Positions 1 to 8,210 are shown, counted from the first letter of the stretch. The stretch: DNA of 64,000 bases from an uncultured bacterium (GCA_964597845.1 CAZQZR010000001.1:6722-70721); one strand, 5' to 3'. Numbers and translations: made by a program. The notes: generated from the sequence alone by a model not told the origin.

Positions 1-816
1 GTCGTAGTTACAGCGGGTGTTGCAGGTGGCGTCCTGTTTGTACACGACCCGCGACTGGTAGGGGCTGTAGCCGTCGATCGAGTCCGACATCTCCACCGCC
101 CGCGTCAGCGGCACGACGTAGCTGCCGGACGTGTCCCGCACCGAGTAATCGATGCGGTAGACCGCGACCCTCCAGATCCGGTGGTTGATCTTGTCATCCA
201 GCCGGCAGATAAGATCGACGGTGCCGTGGACGCTGTCCTTGGTCTGGTAGGTGCTCGTGTTATTGAGACAGATGGCAAAGCGCTGCCCGGAGTAGGCGTT
301 AAGGAACGTCGGCACCGTTGAGTCGTTGTTGGGCGAGAGGTCGAGCAACGGGTTGTGGTAGAACGCACCGAAGTCCGACCAGATGACACCGGAGTTATGG
401 TTCGCCGAGAAGTGGTTGTGGTGGAACCCGGCCACGGTCCAGGTAGCGATGAAACCGAGCGTATCGCCGACCGCGATCGTGTCGCCCTCCTGCACCTGGA
501 TGGTCGTGTCATCGATGTGGTAGTACATGTACCCGGAACAGAACGCCGCGCCCGCAGAATCGGCGACCGTCACGCCATTGTACATCGGGCTGCCGCCGAA
601 CCAGACCTTCTTCACATAGCCGGGCTTGCTCGCCACGGCCGGCGACTGCGCCGGAACCATGATGTCCTGCCCGTTGTGGCAGTAGGGAGACGAGCTGTAG
701 TTCTGGTAGTTACCCCAGGAGTTGCCGATGGGATGGACCGAATCCATCGGCAGGGACGGCCAGGGCAACGCGAAGCCGGTTGCGAGCAAGGCGACGAAGA
801 TGAGAAGTCGCTTCAT
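1..816 (-). CDS. M23/LytM-family metallopeptidase, N-terminal 272 codons (3' end lies beyond the left window edge)
   Basis: Not in the ORF track because no stop lies inside the window. Hand translation from ATG 816 gives MKRLLIFVALLATGFALPWPS (signal peptide), then CHNGQDI (HxxxD) and GFHHNHF (HxH). AGGAGG lies just upstream, inside the end of the preceding gene. Confidence 0.7.
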   Translation of the reverse strand, partial: MKRLLIFVALLATGFALPWPSLPMDSVHPIGNSWGNYQNYSSSPYCHNGQDIMVPAQSPAVASKPGYVKKVWFGGSPMYNGVTVADSAGAAFCSGYMYYHIDDTTIQVQEGDTIAVGDTLGFIATWTVAGFHHNHFSANHNSGVIWSDFGAFYHNPLLDLSPNNDSTVPTFLNAYSGQRFAICLNNTSTYQTKDSVHGTVDLICRLDDKINHRIWRVAVYRIDYSVRDTSGSYVVPLTRAVEMSDSIDGYSPYQSRVVYKQDATCNTRCNYD

Positions 817-1785
817 CTACTCCTCCTTGTATCGGTACTCACGCACCGCATCGGCAGTCCTCACCCCGAACGTGCTGCCGGGCTCGAACCGGACGGCCGG
901 CACGGCGGTGTTCCACTTTGTGTACGTCAGTTCCTGCTGCCAGGCTGGCGCGCCGGCCGAGTCAAGCAGGACCACGAGCCCGCGCCGGTGACGGCCAACC
1001 GTGCCCCGGCCGCCGTCGTTGTCGAGGCCGGCGACCACAAGGTCGTTGCCGACGTCGAGCGAGATGAACTGCCGTCTCGCGTCAGCGGGATGGTACACGA
1101 ACTCCCGGAACGCGTCCCGGACCCGGAACACGTGAAGCGCGCGCCGCTCGCAGTACCCGAAGCGCTCTCCGTCCGGCGAGAATGCCATCCCGCGAACGAA
1201 GGGCGACGCAATCGGTATGCTGGCCGTCCGCACGCCCACTTCCAAGAGCAGTATTGCCTCATCGGTTGCCAGCGCGACACGCCGTCCGTCGGCCGAAACC
1301 GCGAACCGATTGCAGCGCCCGGCATTGTAGAGCTCTTTCCCTTCGGAAGTAAAGACCCGGAGCCCCCGCCTGCCATCCTGCACGCAGTAGACGCTGCCGT
1401 CGGCCGAGAACCCGTGGCGGTCCCAGAAACCGACATCGGCGGTGCCGCGCTCTCTGCCTTGCGCGTCGTAGAAGTGCAGCTTCGCCCGTCCCGACACCGG
1501 GCCGTCGAAGTCGACTCCGACCACGAGCCCGTTGTCCGAGATGTCGAGGACCGTGTGCCCGCCGCCGCTCCTTGCGTACACCGTCTTCCCGGTCGCGTCT
1601 AGTAGCTCGAACCACGCGAACGGGACGAACTCGGTGTTGCCGGACGCGTATTCTACGTTGGCGCTATAGTTGCCGGTCGGCGAGCGGAACTGCCATACGT
1701 CAGCGCCAACCGGCCGCTCGCTGACCAGTGTCGGCGCGAGGGCCAACACCAAAACGGGCATCAGCAACAGAACCAAAATTCTCAT
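817..1785 (-). CDS. secreted PD40/TolB-like beta-propeller repeat protein
   Basis: ORF 817..1854 trimmed to ATG 1785 (MRILVLLLMPVLVLALA signal peptide; GGAGGAG about 6 nt upstream). Recurring FSADG/VSADG/FSPDG blade motifs. The stop codon directly abuts the M23 start. Confidence 0.6.
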   Translation of the reverse strand: MRILVLLLMPVLVLALAPTLVSERPVGADVWQFRSPTGNYSANVEYASGNTEFVPFAWFELLDATGKTVYARSGGGHTVLDISDNGLVVGVDFDGPVSGRAKLHFYDAQGRERGTADVGFWDRHGFSADGSVYCVQDGRRGLRVFTSEGKELYNAGRCNRFAVSADGRRVALATDEAILLLEVGVRTASIPIASPFVRGMAFSPDGERFGYCERRALHVFRVRDAFREFVYHPADARRQFISLDVGNDLVVAGLDNDGGRGTVGRHRRGLVVLLDSAGAPAWQQELTYTKWNTAVPAVRFEPGSTFGVRTADAVREYRYKEE

Positions 1786-1961
1786 TTTCTCCTCCTTTGA
1801 TCGGTCCATCCTGCCGGACGAATCCGACCTCACGCGTGGTCCGGTCCGGGCCACGGCCGCCGCGTTGACCGGTGCACGCCTCTTAGCATAGGCGCTACCG
1901 GGCCGCCGTCAAGCCTCGGCAGCCTGCTTCCGTTCGATGAGCGCGGATGCGGCACCCGCAG

Positions 1962-2999
1962 TCATCCTGCGCCTTCGCCCTCGCCGAGCCATACGTCGAA
2001 CCCGTGCTTCCGGCCGATTCGGCCAATCTCCTCTACCTTGTCCGGGATGATGTTGTAGCCCAGCGAGAAGTTCTCTATCCTGCCCTCGAGCGCCAGGGCC
2101 ATGGTTTCAGCCATGCACGCGTACACCACGCCCCGAGACAAACCGATGTTGACGCTGAACTCCGGCTTGCCCGGAAGCTTCACGCGTCCTCCGTCGACCA
2201 CCTTCACGTCATCGCGCTGGTTCTCGGCCTTGGAGATATTCTTGGGCACAGAAACATCCGCCACGATGCTGCCGGACCTGAGTTCATCGACCCTGAACAG
2301 CGCGTCCGGCGCGCTCGTTGTCGTAATAATGAAGTCGGCCGCGGCAACAGCCTTGTGCGCGTCCATCTCAATGCATACTTCGGTCGGGCCGGACTGCGCG
2401 AGTTCGCCGCGCAGCCGCTCAAGCTTATCCTGGTGCCGAGCGGTGATGATGACCTTCCGGACCGAAGGCGCCAGCACCTTTGTGCAGAGCGAGCCGATTG
2501 AGCCGGACGCGCCGATGACGGCCAGCGTGGAACGACCCGGGTCAACGCCGCGCTGTGCCGCCAGGCGGCGGATTGCCTCGACCGCGGACCAGGCAGTCAT
2601 CGCGCTACCGCTCGTTACCGCGATACTGAGTCGCGACGCTACCGCGCGGCCTTTGTCGCCGACGATTGACGTATATCCACCTAGGCCAAGAATCTTCGCC
2701 CCTAGTCGCTCGGCAATCCGGCCGGCGCCCACTATCCGCGCCAGCACCGACTCGGTATCCAGCTCCAGCATCTGCTTCGGCAGCAGCGGGCAGACGACAA
2801 AGAAACCCTGGACCTCGTGTCCTAATACCGAACTCACCTTCCGAACACGCGATATGAGATACGGCTTCTGGAGCTTGATAAGGGAAACAACTATGCCGTC
2901 CGGTACAAAGCGCATCGCCGGCATCGCTTTGCGCACGTGCCTGAGGGTTGGCGGGTGCACGACGAACCCGAAGGACACCGGCGTACCTGTCGTCGTCAT
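1962..2999 (-). CDS. acyl-ACP reductase (AAR)-like NAD(P)-dependent oxidoreductase
   Basis: 345 aa with FGFVVHP N-terminus, LGLGGYTSIV, Rossmann VAVIGASGSIGS, ITARHQDKLERL and C-terminal YACMAETMALALEG..NFSLGYN..VEEIGRIGRKHGF. Collinear with cyanobacterial AAR as I recall it. ATGA overlap with the upstream gene. Confidence 0.6.
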   Translation of the reverse strand: MTTTGTPVSFGFVVHPPTLRHVRKAMPAMRFVPDGIVVSLIKLQKPYLISRVRKVSSVLGHEVQGFFVVCPLLPKQMLELDTESVLARIVGAGRIAERLGAKILGLGGYTSIVGDKGRAVASRLSIAVTSGSAMTAWSAVEAIRRLAAQRGVDPGRSTLAVIGASGSIGSLCTKVLAPSVRKVIITARHQDKLERLRGELAQSGPTEVCIEMDAHKAVAAADFIITTTSAPDALFRVDELRSGSIVADVSVPKNISKAENQRDDVKVVDGGRVKLPGKPEFSVNIGLSRGVVYACMAETMALALEGRIENFSLGYNIIPDKVEEIGRIGRKHGFDVWLGEGEGAG

Positions 3000-3535
3000 T
3001 GTCCTGTACGCCCCAGCGAGCGGATGAGATCAGGGTCGAGTTGTCCCTTCGCTCCCCAGCCCTTCACGCCGTCGGGAATCTGGGGCCGGAACTGCGCGTA
3101 CAGGGCAAAGGCCCGCGCTGCCAGCACGTCAGGCTTCATCGACCGGGCCAGTTCTTCCATCGCCGCTCGTACCACTGCCAGATGCTCCCCGAATTTGGAC
3201 TCTAAGTACGCTTCCATGCTCTTGCCCGAGACCGGTACGCCCTTGTTTAGTGCCCGGACCCCGTCCGGCGTCCGCACGACCGGAATCTCCCGCCCCATTA
3301 ACTCCACCGCATCTCTCGCCTCTCGCTTCTCGCCTCTCGCCTCTCGCTTCTCGCTTCCCGCCTCTCGCTTCGTGTATATCCCCAGCCGCTGTCCCTTGCT
3401 CTGCGCGTTCAGGCCGGTCACCGCCTTGCCGAGCGACAGCGCCTCATCGCGGCCGAACCCCAGCCGCTCGGCAACGACCGATGCCCACAAAGCCAGCACC
3501 GGTGCGCGGTTAATCAGCATCGCTTCACCTGCCAT
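2996..3535 (-). CDS. conserved hypothetical protein translationally coupled to the AAR-like gene; carries an in-frame repeat insert
   Basis: 179-aa ORF whose stop overlaps the AAR-like ATG (ATGA). Residues SEKREARGEKREAR are encoded by the tandem TCTCGC(C/TT) array at 3312-3372. Confidence 0.55.
   Translation of the reverse strand: MAGEAMLINRAPVLALWASVVAERLGFGRDEALSLGKAVTGLNAQSKGQRLGIYTKREAGSEKREARGEKREARDAVELMGREIPVVRTPDGVRALNKGVPVSGKSMEAYLESKFGEHLAVVRAAMEELARSMKPDVLAARAFALYAQFRPQIPDGVKGWGAKGQLDPDLIRSLGRTGQ
3312..3372. repeat. tandem 7-8-nt array TCTCGCC/TCTCGCTT inside a CDS
   Basis: TCTCTCGCCTCTCGCTTCTCGCCTCTCGCCTCTCGCTTCTCGCTTCCCGCCTCTCGCTTCG. Its reverse complement shares the GAGGCGAGAAGC word with 53300-53320 and 54160-54175. 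Confidence 0.85.
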
Positions 3536-3545
3536 GCTTCCCTAT

Positions 3546-4511
3546 CTAGCGCACCACCACGACCTTGCGGACAGCTTGGGCTTGAGCTTCTCGCACAAAG
3601 TAAACCCCGCGCCCCAGCGAGCTGGCACTTCCGGTAACATCCGCGCCTGACTCGTCGTAGACAGTCGAACCCTGCGGCACGACTGTCATTCCGAGCGTAG
3701 CGAGGAATCTCGCCCTCGCAGGACCACGGACCGACGGCGCTTCGGCAATGCCTGATACGGTCTGCCACGCGACGCCCTGGCAGAATCGCGCGACCTCCGG
3801 GCTCAGGCCGCCGTAGAACTCAAGGCCCACCGGGCTCGCTCCATACAGCACCGCGTAGAACACGCACGCCCCGAGGTACGTACCTTCAAGCGTGGCATGG
3901 CAATAGTCAACCTGCCACAAGTCCACGAGCGAGTCAATCTGGCGGGCGCGGGCAAACGCTATCCCGACCGGTGACATGGTTGCGCCCAGCTCTGTAGCAA
4001 TCTCCTGGTACGCCACGCGCACGCTCTCTTGCATCTCAAAGTAGTCGCGGAAATCCGGACTTGTCGAGTCCTCGTAGCTGTGCTGGCCGCCGTACTTCCA
4101 GCCCCATGTCATGTAAAAGACCGTCTGCGCGCCCTGGAGCCGGATGAGCGAATCGAGCAGCCGCGCCGCCGGGTACATGCCGTTGTAGCACCAGTAGTGG
4201 ATGGTCGGGATAACGCTCTGCTCCTGAAGCGCGACATAGTCCCACGAATCCTGCGCAATTTTGTCAAGCGTCGCCTGGGTGTTCGTGTGGTCTTCGAGTG
4301 AGTAGCCGCTGATTGCGCTCATGTCTGCCCTCGCCGGCCTGCCCCCCGCCTCGGAGAGCCCTGCGAACAGGCCGGGCAGGTCATTGACGTAGGTGTGGCT
4401 GTTGCCGACGAAGAGAACGCGGAGCGAATCATCCGCCCAAGCCGTGCCTGCCCCAAAAAATATGGCAACGACAGCAACCAGATGCAGAACCACGACGTGA
4501 TTGTCCGGCAC
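3546..4511 (-). CDS. secreted SGNH/GDSL-like hydrolase with T9SS-type C-terminal sorting domain
   Basis: ORF 3546..4718 trimmed to GTG 4511 (VVVLHLVAVVAIFFGAGTAWA signal peptide). Block-I-like LFVGNSHTY. C-terminal tail ends GVYFVREAQAQAVRKVVVVR. A plus-strand promoter for the next gene occupies 4585-4612. Confidence 0.55.
   Translation of the reverse strand: MPDNHVVVLHLVAVVAIFFGAGTAWADDSLRVLFVGNSHTYVNDLPGLFAGLSEAGGRPARADMSAISGYSLEDHTNTQATLDKIAQDSWDYVALQEQSVIPTIHYWCYNGMYPAARLLDSLIRLQGAQTVFYMTWGWKYGGQHSYEDSTSPDFRDYFEMQESVRVAYQEIATELGATMSPVGIAFARARQIDSLVDLWQVDYCHATLEGTYLGACVFYAVLYGASPVGLEFYGGLSPEVARFCQGVAWQTVSGIAEAPSVRGPARARFLATLGMTVVPQGSTVYDESGADVTGSASSLGRGVYFVREAQAQAVRKVVVVR
3685..3714. repeat. 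REP-like word GTCATTCCGAG-N-CGAGGAATCTCGCC (copy 1, inside a CDS)
   Basis: GTCATTCCGAGCGTAGCGAGGAATCTCGCC; a second copy lies at 53828-53866. Confidence 0.7.
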
Positions 4512-4584
4512 GAAAGGCCCCTCGTCAAGTCGCGCGCAAGAAGGCAAGAGCTTTGTGCGCGGCGCTGGTTCGGCGAGACTGGTA

Positions 4585-4612
4585 TTGACACGCCCTGTCG
4601 GCGGGTTAGAAT
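4585..4612 (+). promoter_or_regulatory. sigma-70-type promoter for the 4767 gene
   Basis: TTGACA (4585-4590), 16 nt, TAGAAT (4607-4612). Confidence 0.55.
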
Positions 4613-4766
4613 GAGTCACTCTGGAGCCCGGTAAGAAGTCACTGCAGAGTGGCAGAGCGCCGTGGTCTACCGTTCTCTGAAGAATCGTTGCGTCCGGCAT
4701 GATGCGTGACGCGCCCACGTCAACGCTTTCTGCTCTTGAAGCATGGCGTATTTGATAAGGAGTTTT

Positions 4767-6704
4767 GTGCGATTCAAAGTCACGTTCGTAGCGTCCGCAC
4801 TTTTCCTCTGCTTCGCGACGCTGTTCGCGTCGGTTCCGACGGTACTTCCCGCAGGCATTGAAAGGCTACCCAATGGCAATACGCTCATCTGTGACGCCGG
4901 CGCGATGGGACAACCCACGGCTAGAGTCATCGAGGTCGACAGCAACGAACACCTGGTCTGGGCCTACGTCCGCAGCGACATCCAGTGGGCGCATACCGCC
5001 CGCCGACTTGCCAATGGCAACACGCTTGTCACCGCCACCGACAGCAACCGTGTCTTCGAGGTCACTCCCCGCGGTGACGTTGTCTGGGAAATGAGGTCGG
5101 GCCTGAACTACCCGAACGAGGCCTACCGCCTTGCCAACGGCAACACTCTTATCACCCAGAAGAACTCCGACCGGGTTACCGAGGTTAACACCGACCGCAA
5201 CATAGTCTGGAGCTACACCTGCTTGGCCGGTCCTCACAACGGGACTCGGCTGGCCAACGGAAATACCACCATATGCGACTCGGACCTGGACCGGGTGATC
5301 GAGGTCGACTCGTCAGGCACGATCGTCTGGCAGTACGCGACGGGTCTGGACTGGGCACGCTGCGTCCAGCGCCTGCCGAATGGCAACACGCTGATAACCG
5401 ACAGCCAGCACAACCGGGTTATCGAAGTCGACTCGGCGGGAAACATCAAGTGGACTCTCTCATCCGGGCTATCAATGCCGTACCAAGCAACCCGTCTCGA
5501 TAATGGGAACACTGTCGTATCCACCGGCAAACGTGTCATCGAAGTCGATTCGGCCCGGACCATCGTCTGGCAGTACCCGCCAAGCGCCTCCGCTGTTGCC
5601 GTCGAGACGCTCTGGGTTACCAATCCAACATCCGGCTGCAGCCTCTACGTCCACATCCACCGGCCGGCGAGCGCGGGGCCCGACAACAAGGTCCCTGCGG
5701 TCGTGTTGATACCGCGCGAGAGTAATGCCGGAACGCAAATGGACCAGAACGGCCTCGCCGACCGGGTGGCGTCCGACGGGTTCGCGGCGCTTCACTTCGA
5801 CGCCGAGGGACGCGGCCTAAGCAGCGGCACCGAGGACTACAACGGTTACTTCCACCAAGACGGCCTGCAGGCCTGCGTCCTCGAGCTTGCCACCAGGCAA
5901 TACGTTGACACTGCGAAGATAGGAATCTACGCGCGCGGGTACGGCGTCGTGATGGCAGCGGGCATGATTGACCGCCACCCGCAACCGAGAATCAAGTTCC
6001 TGATGGACTTGGAAGGTCCGTCCGACCGGTACGGAACCAACAGCGACTCCGGCGGCCACGTGCCGGTGCCTGTAGACTCGGAGTCATTTTGGGCCGAGCG
6101 CGAGGCAGGCCGGTTCATGAAGAGCGTGCCCGCGGCCTACCTCCGAATCCAGACCGAAACCGACTACACCGGCCGCATCCCGGACAACCACCACGCCATT
6201 GCGCTCATTGACAGCGCAACCTCGACCGTGTATGGTGGCTCTGGCATAAGCGTCTGGACTCGAGTCAATGACTCGGTAATGAACCCGGAGGACAACACCT
6301 ACATGCTGGCGGATCCGCCTCAGTGGATTGCGGAGAAAGAGGAACGCAACCTGGTGTGCCGCGAGCTTCTCTATCTTCACGAGCTCGCCGGTCGCGACTT
6401 CGAGAGCGCGGTGAGGACTTCCCTGCTTCCGGCACCACGCACCTCAGGTCTCTCGCTGGACCTGTCCCCAAACCCTTTCAGGCATCAGGCCCGGGTCGAG
6501 TTCCTCGCCCCGGTTTCCGGCTGGATGCAACTCAAGACTTTCTCGACGGACGGCAGGCTCGTCGCCAGCCAGGCTCAGACCGCGACCCTTGGGCAGCGGA
6601 TGTCCTTCAGACTCGATGGCACAAAGCTCGCGAACGGCATCTACCTGGTGCAGCTGGTGACGTCCGCCGGCGTCTACGCCCAGAAAACCGCGGTTCTGAA
6701 GTAG
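4767..6704 (+). CDS. secreted six-bladed beta-propeller plus alpha/beta-hydrolase protein with T9SS C-terminal sorting domain
   Basis: ORF 4743..6704. GTG 4767 preceded by AAGGAG (4757-4762) gives signal peptide MRFKVTFVASALFLCFATLFA. Six ~42-aa repeats RL(A/P)NGNTLI..D..RVIEVD..G.IVW. C-terminus LDLSPNPFRHQARVEF...GIYLVQLVTSAGVYAQKTAVLK. Confidence 0.7.
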   Translation: MRFKVTFVASALFLCFATLFASVPTVLPAGIERLPNGNTLICDAGAMGQPTARVIEVDSNEHLVWAYVRSDIQWAHTARRLANGNTLVTATDSNRVFEVTPRGDVVWEMRSGLNYPNEAYRLANGNTLITQKNSDRVTEVNTDRNIVWSYTCLAGPHNGTRLANGNTTICDSDLDRVIEVDSSGTIVWQYATGLDWARCVQRLPNGNTLITDSQHNRVIEVDSAGNIKWTLSSGLSMPYQATRLDNGNTVVSTGKRVIEVDSARTIVWQYPPSASAVAVETLWVTNPTSGCSLYVHIHRPASAGPDNKVPAVVLIPRESNAGTQMDQNGLADRVASDGFAALHFDAEGRGLSSGTEDYNGYFHQDGLQACVLELATRQYVDTAKIGIYARGYGVVMAAGMIDRHPQPRIKFLMDLEGPSDRYGTNSDSGGHVPVPVDSESFWAEREAGRFMKSVPAAYLRIQTETDYTGRIPDNHHAIALIDSATSTVYGGSGISVWTRVNDSVMNPEDNTYMLADPPQWIAEKEERNLVCRELLYLHELAGRDFESAVRTSLLPAPRTSGLSLDLSPNPFRHQARVEFLAPVSGWMQLKTFSTDGRLVASQAQTATLGQRMSFRLDGTKLANGIYLVQLVTSAGVYAQKTAVLK

Positions 6705-6727
6705 CGACAGACCGATAGCGTCAAGGA

Positions 6728-6745
6728 GGCGGCCACAAGGCCGCC
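6728..6745 (+). terminator. GC hairpin after the 4767..6704 gene
   Basis: GGCGGCC ACAA GGCCGCC, 24 nt after the stop; no U-tract. Confidence 0.5.
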
Positions 6746-7390
6746 CCCTTCCTATATGTTGTATGCTCCCTACGCCCACGCTCTGCAATTTTGCGCGGGT
6801 TGTTGTTTTACCTCCCTTTGACAAGTCGCGGTGTGCCAGTCCTACGCCGACACCGTAGAGGAACGGGGGCGTGTTTCAGAAAACGAGGTGTTATTCGGGG
6901 GTCGAGTAATGCCGAGTGAGACACCCAGATCGGAACTAGGGGATAGAGTGTGCAACGACCGGCCAAGATGCTGTCGCAGACGCTTGAGGACGGGCTGGAG
7001 TAGTGGTTGTAGGTTATGTTGTTACAGGAGCAGGGGTAGCTACAGTTCGTCGTCCCTAAGCGGTGGCTGGAGCGCGCCCCGCTGCGGCGGCAGAAGGAGG
7101 TGTTGTTCCGGTCGCCGGCGCATATGGCGGCGTTGCGGTTGTTGCGACTCTATGGCCGGGTGCTACTCAGGGCGCAGATGAAGCATCGGGGGCAAGCGTC
7201 GTTGTGGCTAAACGAACGGAGGCTGATGCGGGTTCTGGTTATAGGACTGGAACCAGGGCAATTACAACGCCAAGTGTAATTGCTGTTGCGGCGTTTGCAC
7301 TGGCTGCCAGAGCAAGGACCGCTCCGGGGGCGGGCACTCCCCGAACCGTCCAGAGGATGGAGCGAAAGAGAGAGCGGAATGCTAACTAGA

Positions 7391-7463
7391 TGGGCCGTGC
7401 GGGATTCGAACCCGCGACCACCGGATTAAAAATCAGGTGCTCTGCCAACTGAGCTAACGGCCC
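7391..7463 (-). tRNA. tRNA-Lys (anticodon UUU)
   Basis: Reverse complement reads GGGCCGTTAGCTCAGTTGGCAGAGCACCTGATTTTTAATCCGGTGGTCGCGGGTTCGAATCCCGCACGGCCCA. 7-bp acceptor, TTCGAAT T-loop, anticodon loop TTTTTAA. CCA not encoded. Confidence 0.9.
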
Positions 7464-7472
7464 TAACCACTT

Positions 7473-7501
7473 CAGATTGCAGATTGTAGATTGCAGATTG
7501 C
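7473..7501. repeat. heptamer array CAGATTG x4 in the tRNA-Lys/tRNA-Leu spacer
   Basis: CAGATTGCAGATTGTAGATTGCAGATTGC; a related CAGATTGTAGACTACAGATTAGAG lies at 7645-7668 in the next spacer. Confidence 0.85.
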
Positions 7502-7542
7502 CGAAGTCAAAGGGAAATCAGGAATCAACAATCTTGAGCTGA

Positions 7543-7630
7543 TGCCGGGGGCCGGACTTGAACCGGCACGACCCGTATTCGGGTCAAGGGATTTTAAGTC
7601 CCTGGCGTCTGCCTGTTCCGCCACCCCGGC
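7543..7630 (-). tRNA. tRNA-Leu (anticodon UAA), long variable arm
   Basis: Reverse complement reads GCCGGGGTGGCGGAACAGGCAGACGCCAGGGACTTAAAATCCCTTGACCCGAATACGGGTCGTGCCGGTTCAAGTCCGGCCCCCGGCA. Anticodon stem AGGGA/TCCCT, loop CTTAAAA. Confidence 0.9.
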
Positions 7631-7733
7631 CATAACGGACATTTCAGATTGTAGACTACAGATTAGAGAAGTCAAAGAGACGGGGCCCAACCGGGGAATC
7701 GAGAATCGCCAGCCCAAAACCGACAATGAAAAG

Positions 7734-7805
7734 AGGCGGCTTCGGGATTTGCACCCGAGCGTAACGGTTTTGCAGACCGTCGCCTTACTGCTTGGCTAAG
7801 CCGCC
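7734..7805 (-). tRNA. tRNA-Cys (anticodon GCA) with non-canonical D-loop/T-loop
   Basis: Reverse complement reads GGCGGCTTAGCCAAGCAGTAAGGCGACGGTCTGCAAAACCGTTACGCTCGGGTGCAAATCCCGAAGCCGCCT. Perfect 7-bp acceptor, anticodon stem ACGGT/ACCGT with loop CTGCAAA, U73 discriminator typical of tRNA-Cys. T-loop is TGCAAAT rather than TTCRANT. Confidence 0.75.
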
Positions 7806-7887
7806 GCTCCGGAAAGGGTAGAAAACGAAGTGCAAGGGACAAACTGGAAACTCCGGCGTTCGGAGTTCGCACTTCGCACTTGAAACA

Positions 7888-7960
7888 AGCGGGAGACGGG
7901 ATTTGAACCCGCGACCCCTACCTTGGCAAGGTAGTGCTCTACCAACTGAGCTACTCCCGC
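7888..7960 (-). tRNA. tRNA-Gly (anticodon GCC)
   Basis: Reverse complement reads GCGGGAGTAGCTCAGTTGGTAGAGCACTACCTTGCCAAGGTAGGGGTCGCGGGTTCAAATCCCGTCTCCCGCT. Anticodon stem CTACC/GGTAG, loop TTGCCAA. Confidence 0.9.
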
Positions 7961-8070
7961 AACAACGGGACAATAGTGAATTGAGGGCAGTGAAGAGTGA
8001 AGTTCGTTCCGGTGCCGTGTGCTGCTTCACTATTCTCTACTCCATATTCCCCACTCCCTATCCTTGTATC

Positions 8071-8143
8071 CGGCCCCAACGGGAGTCGAACCCGTGTCTT
8101 CACCTTGAAAGAGTGATGTCCTGAACCGCTAGACGATGGGGCC
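8071..8143 (-). tRNA. tRNA-Glu (anticodon UUC)
   Basis: Reverse complement reads GGCCCCATCGTCTAGCGGTTCAGGACATCACTCTTTCAAGGTGAAGACACGGGTTCGACTCCCGTTGGGGCCG. Anticodon loop CTTTCAA. Layout resembles E. coli tRNA-Glu. Confidence 0.9.
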
Positions 8144-8210
8144 ACCACTCTTCCGGGCCCGGGTGCGAAGCCGCCCGGCCCGGGTAAATCTAGCCCGCCG
8201 GGGCGGGTTG

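Noticed and set aside
6909-7181. A Cys-rich 91-aa ORF (16 Cys), possibly a metallothionein-like or RiPP precursor
   Set aside because: The Cys and Arg codons arise from GTTG(C/T) word repeats. The opposite strand and other frames are equally Cys/Arg-rich. There is no SD and no neighbouring maturation genes.
7391-8143. An integrative element or genomic island at the tRNA cluster
   Set aside because: No integrase, no direct repeat of a tRNA 3' end and no phage or IS genes lie on either side. The flanking genes are ordinary envelope genes.
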